Assembly: GCA_951406725.2 (NCBI GenBank) | Contig: OX597818.1 | Span: 2,232,001-2,296,000 of the forward strand | From: Octopus vulgaris | Lineage: Eukaryota | Direction of reading: 5' to 3' | Length of the DNA stretch: 64,000 nucleotides | In this document: one piece after another, positions 60,182-64,000 of the stretch | Layout of the letters: every line of letters starts with the position of its first letter | Position numbering within the stretch: position 1 is the first letter of the stretch | Made by a program: the position numbers and the translations under genes | Notes under the pieces: model-generated | The model's database searches: none | Seen by the model: the letters and a program-made list of their open reading frames with translations, nothing else | What the model was told of the DNA's origin: nothing

Positions 60182-60637
60182 CTGAAATTAAATTATATAA
60201 ATAAGAATGAAATGAAACTGTTGTTGATGTTCATTCTCAAATCAATTGTGAACAAGCAGACTTATATCATTAAATGCTTTCTTCCATTTTTAAGAGAGTA
60301 GGATGTATCATTTGAGGAGATTTAGCAGGTCAAATGACCAAACAGAAGCTCCTTCATTAGCTATGAAATTGTTAAAATCATGTCATTGTGTGTGTATGTG
60401 TGTGCACACATATGCATGCAACTAACAAAGTTGTTCATAAGTTCACAGGGTTATGCCAAGAGGAAAAAATTATCTCAAACAAATGAAGTTATTTTGGTCA
60501 TTTATTGGGTTCAAACAGTGGTATGGCCATGCAGGAACACTATCTGGTGCTAGAGAAGAAAAAATATGAAATAATGGATTCAGTCTTTTCTAATAACTTA
60601 TAACATTTTCAAGAAGCAATGAAAGGAAGAATATTCA

Positions 60638-60880
<243 letters not shown>

Positions 60881-61299
60881 TTAGAAGTAAAGGTTTCTGG
60901 TTCAAATCTAGTCTGGCACTATCTACACATCCAGGAATTAAACTGATTGAGACATAGTGATGTTGATATTTAAAAAAAAATTTCATCTCTAAAGATAAAA
61001 TTAATTGTCTGAAAAACTTATAATTTACTAATTCTACATTTTTAACAGACATGATTTTGTGTTTGAAGTTGTTGGTATTGCATCATCATCATCATTATTT
61101 TAATAAAAAAAAAAAAAAACTTTCAAGGGCACAGCCATGTCAATAAGCTACCAATGGGTAGAGATCAGAATAGCCAAATGTGATATTTGGTTAGGTATCT
61201 ATGCATTCTGAGTTGAATTCCCACCCAGGTTATCTGCTTTTTAAGGTCAATAAAATACAGACATCAATGTAATCAACCATTCCTGTTGACTCAACATAA

Positions 61300-61648
61300 C
61301 CAAGTGATATATCTCGACTTTGCAAAGGCCTTTGATAAAGTCGATCATGGAATGATATGTCACAAACTGCGTGATCTTAGCATAGTTGGAAAACTGGGAG
61401 AATGGCTTCATGACTTTCTGAAAGATAGAAGTCAGGTGGTAGTAGCCAATGGGGCCACTTCCATTAACACGCAAATACTGAGCGGTGTTCCGCAGGGCAC
61501 TGTTTTAGGACCACTACTGTTCATAATGGCCCTCTCAGACATGCCCTCAGCCACACAGAGAGCCACGATCACAAGTTATGCAGATGATACAAAAGTTTCA
61601 CAGGCAATACAGAACCCTGAGGACACTAAATGCCTGCAATGTGAGCTG
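61300..61648 (+). mobile_element. CR1-group LINE RT fragment
   Basis: [16 protein letters not shown]...[10 protein letters not shown]...YADDTK. Confidence 0.9.
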
Positions 61649-62935
61649 AAGCCCAGGCTGTCACAGTATCTTGTTCTACATCTTGATGGCAAATTTGGAG
61701 TCCTTGGTACCATGCAGTGGCGCCCGGTTCTGGCATTTGTGTGACTCTCGATGCCAAAGTTTGGGACAAGTCCTTCCAGGATCTTCCAGATATATATTGT
61801 GGCATATCTTTCTCGCCTACGCTCCAAAGAATAGAGTTTTAATCTCTTGAGTCTTTCCCAGTAGCTTATATTCTGCACAGAGGCTATCTTCTTTGTGTAG
61901 CTACGTTGGATCGCCTCAAGTTCTGTGATCAACTTGACACTGGATGGTGACCATAGCTGAGAGCAATAGTCAAAGTGGCTTAGGACAAGTGTCTTCCAGA
62001 GGACCATCATGGTTTCTTGTTCTAAAGGTCCTAAGAATCCATCCGGCCAGCCGTCTACATTTCATTGTCAGTTTAGCAACATGTACATGAAAGGTCGCGT
62101 CATCACTCATGTGAATACCCAGGTCACGCACTGATTGTGCCTCTGGGATTGCAATCCCTCCGGGTCCAGTGTATTCATTGGGTATTGCATTCAGTTTTGC
62201 ATGCTGATAGTATAAAGCTTGAAACTTTCCAGCATTGAACTGCATGCTATTCTTTTCAGCCCACTTGTATATTTTGTCCAGCTCACATTGCAGGTGCTTA
62301 GTGTCTTCAGGGTTCTGTATTGCCTGTGAAACTTTTGTATCATCTGCATAACTTGTGATCGTGGCTCTCTGCGTGGCTGAGGGCATGTCTGAGAGGGCCA
62401 TTATGAACAGTAGTGGTCTCAAAACAGTGCCCTGCGGAACACCGCTCACTATTGGCTGCTACCACCTGACTTCTATTCTTCAGAAAGTCATGAAGCCATT
62501 CTCCCAATTTTCCAACTATGCCAAGATCTCGCAGTTTGTGACATATCATTCCATGATCGACTTTATCAAAGGCCTTTGCAAAGTCGAGATATATCACTTC
62601 CACATTTGAGTGGTTGAGCAGTCGTTTCAGCACCCAGTCATAGTGTTGTAGGAGCTGAGTTAAGCAGCTTCTTCCTGGTCGGAAACGATGTTGGGTGTCA
62701 GGCAGCAAGTAATTTTCTTCAAGGAAGGTGATCAGTTTCCTTCTGACTATTCGTTCCATGACCTTGCTGATGTGTGAGGTCAGAGAGAAAGGTCTGTAGT
62801 TCTTGGCCTCCGCTCTGCTACCTCCTTTATGAATAGGGCATATTTTACCTTCCTTCAGTTTTCTTGGAAGTTTGCCAGCTGCAAGGAAGCTCTGAAAGAG
62901 AGACTGCAGTGGTCTTGCTAGGACTCTCTTACATA
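61648..62935 (-). mobile_element. CR1-group LINE RT fragment, convergent with the preceding fragment
   Basis: ORFs 62340-62945, 61970-62449 and 61576-62010, from NYRPFSLTS to RYCDSLGF. Confidence 0.92.
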
Positions 62936-63032
62936 CTGAAATCAATGCAAAAAAGTTGGCAGTTCATACCAGCAGTTCACTACACTGCCACCATCACCTC
63001 CCTCTCCTACTACTTCATAATAATAATAATCC

Positions 63033-63210
63033 TACTATAGGCACAAGGCCTGAAATTTTGGGGGAGGGAACCAGTTGATTATATCGATCGATCCTAGTGT
63101 TTTACTGGTACTTAATTTATCAACCCCAAAAGCATGAAAAGCAAAGTTGACCTTGGCAGAATTTCAACACAAACTTTTTGCCTGGCATGCTAACAATTCT
63201 GCCAGCTCCT
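63033..63210 (-). mobile_element. SINE fragment with a Meta-domain-like core
   Basis: Minus strand aggtcaactttgcttttcatgcttttggggttgataaattaagtaccag. Confidence 0.5.
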
Positions 63211-63269
63211 ACTCCCCACCACCACCACCACCACCACCAGCAGCAGCAGAAGGAGAAGGACAGTGTATC

Positions 63270-64000
63270 CCACTAAATTTTGTGCTGGGAATGATTCCTT
63301 TGAGTGAAATACTGAAGAAGACAAAGTTGAATATGATCTGAGAAGTGGTAAATGAAGGCTTAATCACCTGCAATTCATAGATGATCTCAAGTTGTTCACA
63401 AAACGTGTGACAGAATTGGACAGTCTGGTCCAGTCTGTGCAGATTTTCTCAAATGATATCAAGATGGAGTAGCTGTGGCAACTGAGTAAAATATTGAATT
63501 CTAATTTGAATGCCAATAACATAATTTCAGCAATAAACTCATGTGCAGTCACAGTGATTCAGTATGGCATTGGAATGAGGATGAACTAAAGGAATTGGAT
63601 GAGAAAACAAGAAAGCTCCTAACAATGCATGGATCCATCATCCACATGCAGACACTGATTGCCTATACATGAAGAAAGAAATGGAGGAAGGGGACTGACA
63701 AGTATGGAAGACTGCATGCATACTGAACTTGGGAACCTGCTGATGTATCTACCACCAAGTGAGGAAACCTTGCTAAGAGCAGTTAGAGATGATAGCAGAC
63801 TGAAATCAGGGAAAAAAAAAGCAAAAAACAAGAAGTACAAAAAGGACACCACACAACAAGAGACTATACAATTAATTCCATGTAGCCACAACTGAAGCTG
63901 CTGCAAAATAGTTGAGGAAGGGAACACTGGAAAAAAGAAACAAAGAGTCCAATACTGGTAGTGCAAGACTAAACTTTGGCCACAAATTGGAGGGTCATCC
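63270..64000 (+). mobile_element. Decayed R4/Dong-like non-LTR RT fragment
   Basis: LNHLQFIDDLKLF, FSNDIKME, LNANNIISAINSCAV, LDEKTRKLLTMHG, HPHADTDCLY, NGGRGL. Confidence 0.75.

Overview
Eukaryotic, AT-rich and almost entirely repeat-derived DNA. The SINE families and very long (TA)n/(CA)n/(GATA)n tracts suggest a coleoid cephalopod (Octopus-like), which is an inference. Two host genes are visible, both on the minus strand: the first coding exon of an SBF1/SBF2 (MTMR5/13) orthologue at 13128-13182, whose intron 1 covers the left end of the window, and four 3' exons of KRR1 at 55677-60817. The rest is CR1-group LINEs, RTE and R4/Dong LINE fragments, tRNA-derived SINEs, two mariner families, Helitron remnants and non-autonomous Helitrons, Gypsy remnants, Penelope fragments, foldback palindromes, a ~7 kb segmental duplication, a scrambled AT-rich repeat and a 100-N gap. 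The best candidate for something new is a near-complete CR1-group LINE (about 1025-6663). Its ORF1 combines a Myb/SANT (trihelix)-like domain with a CCCH-type zinc finger. Its ORF2 has no AUG upstream of the endonuclease N-terminal motif but is reachable through an in-frame A_AAU_UUU -1 slippery site. It is bounded by (TA)n at both ends, and its 3' tail is shared with a local SINE family. All calls were made by eye; no database searches were run.
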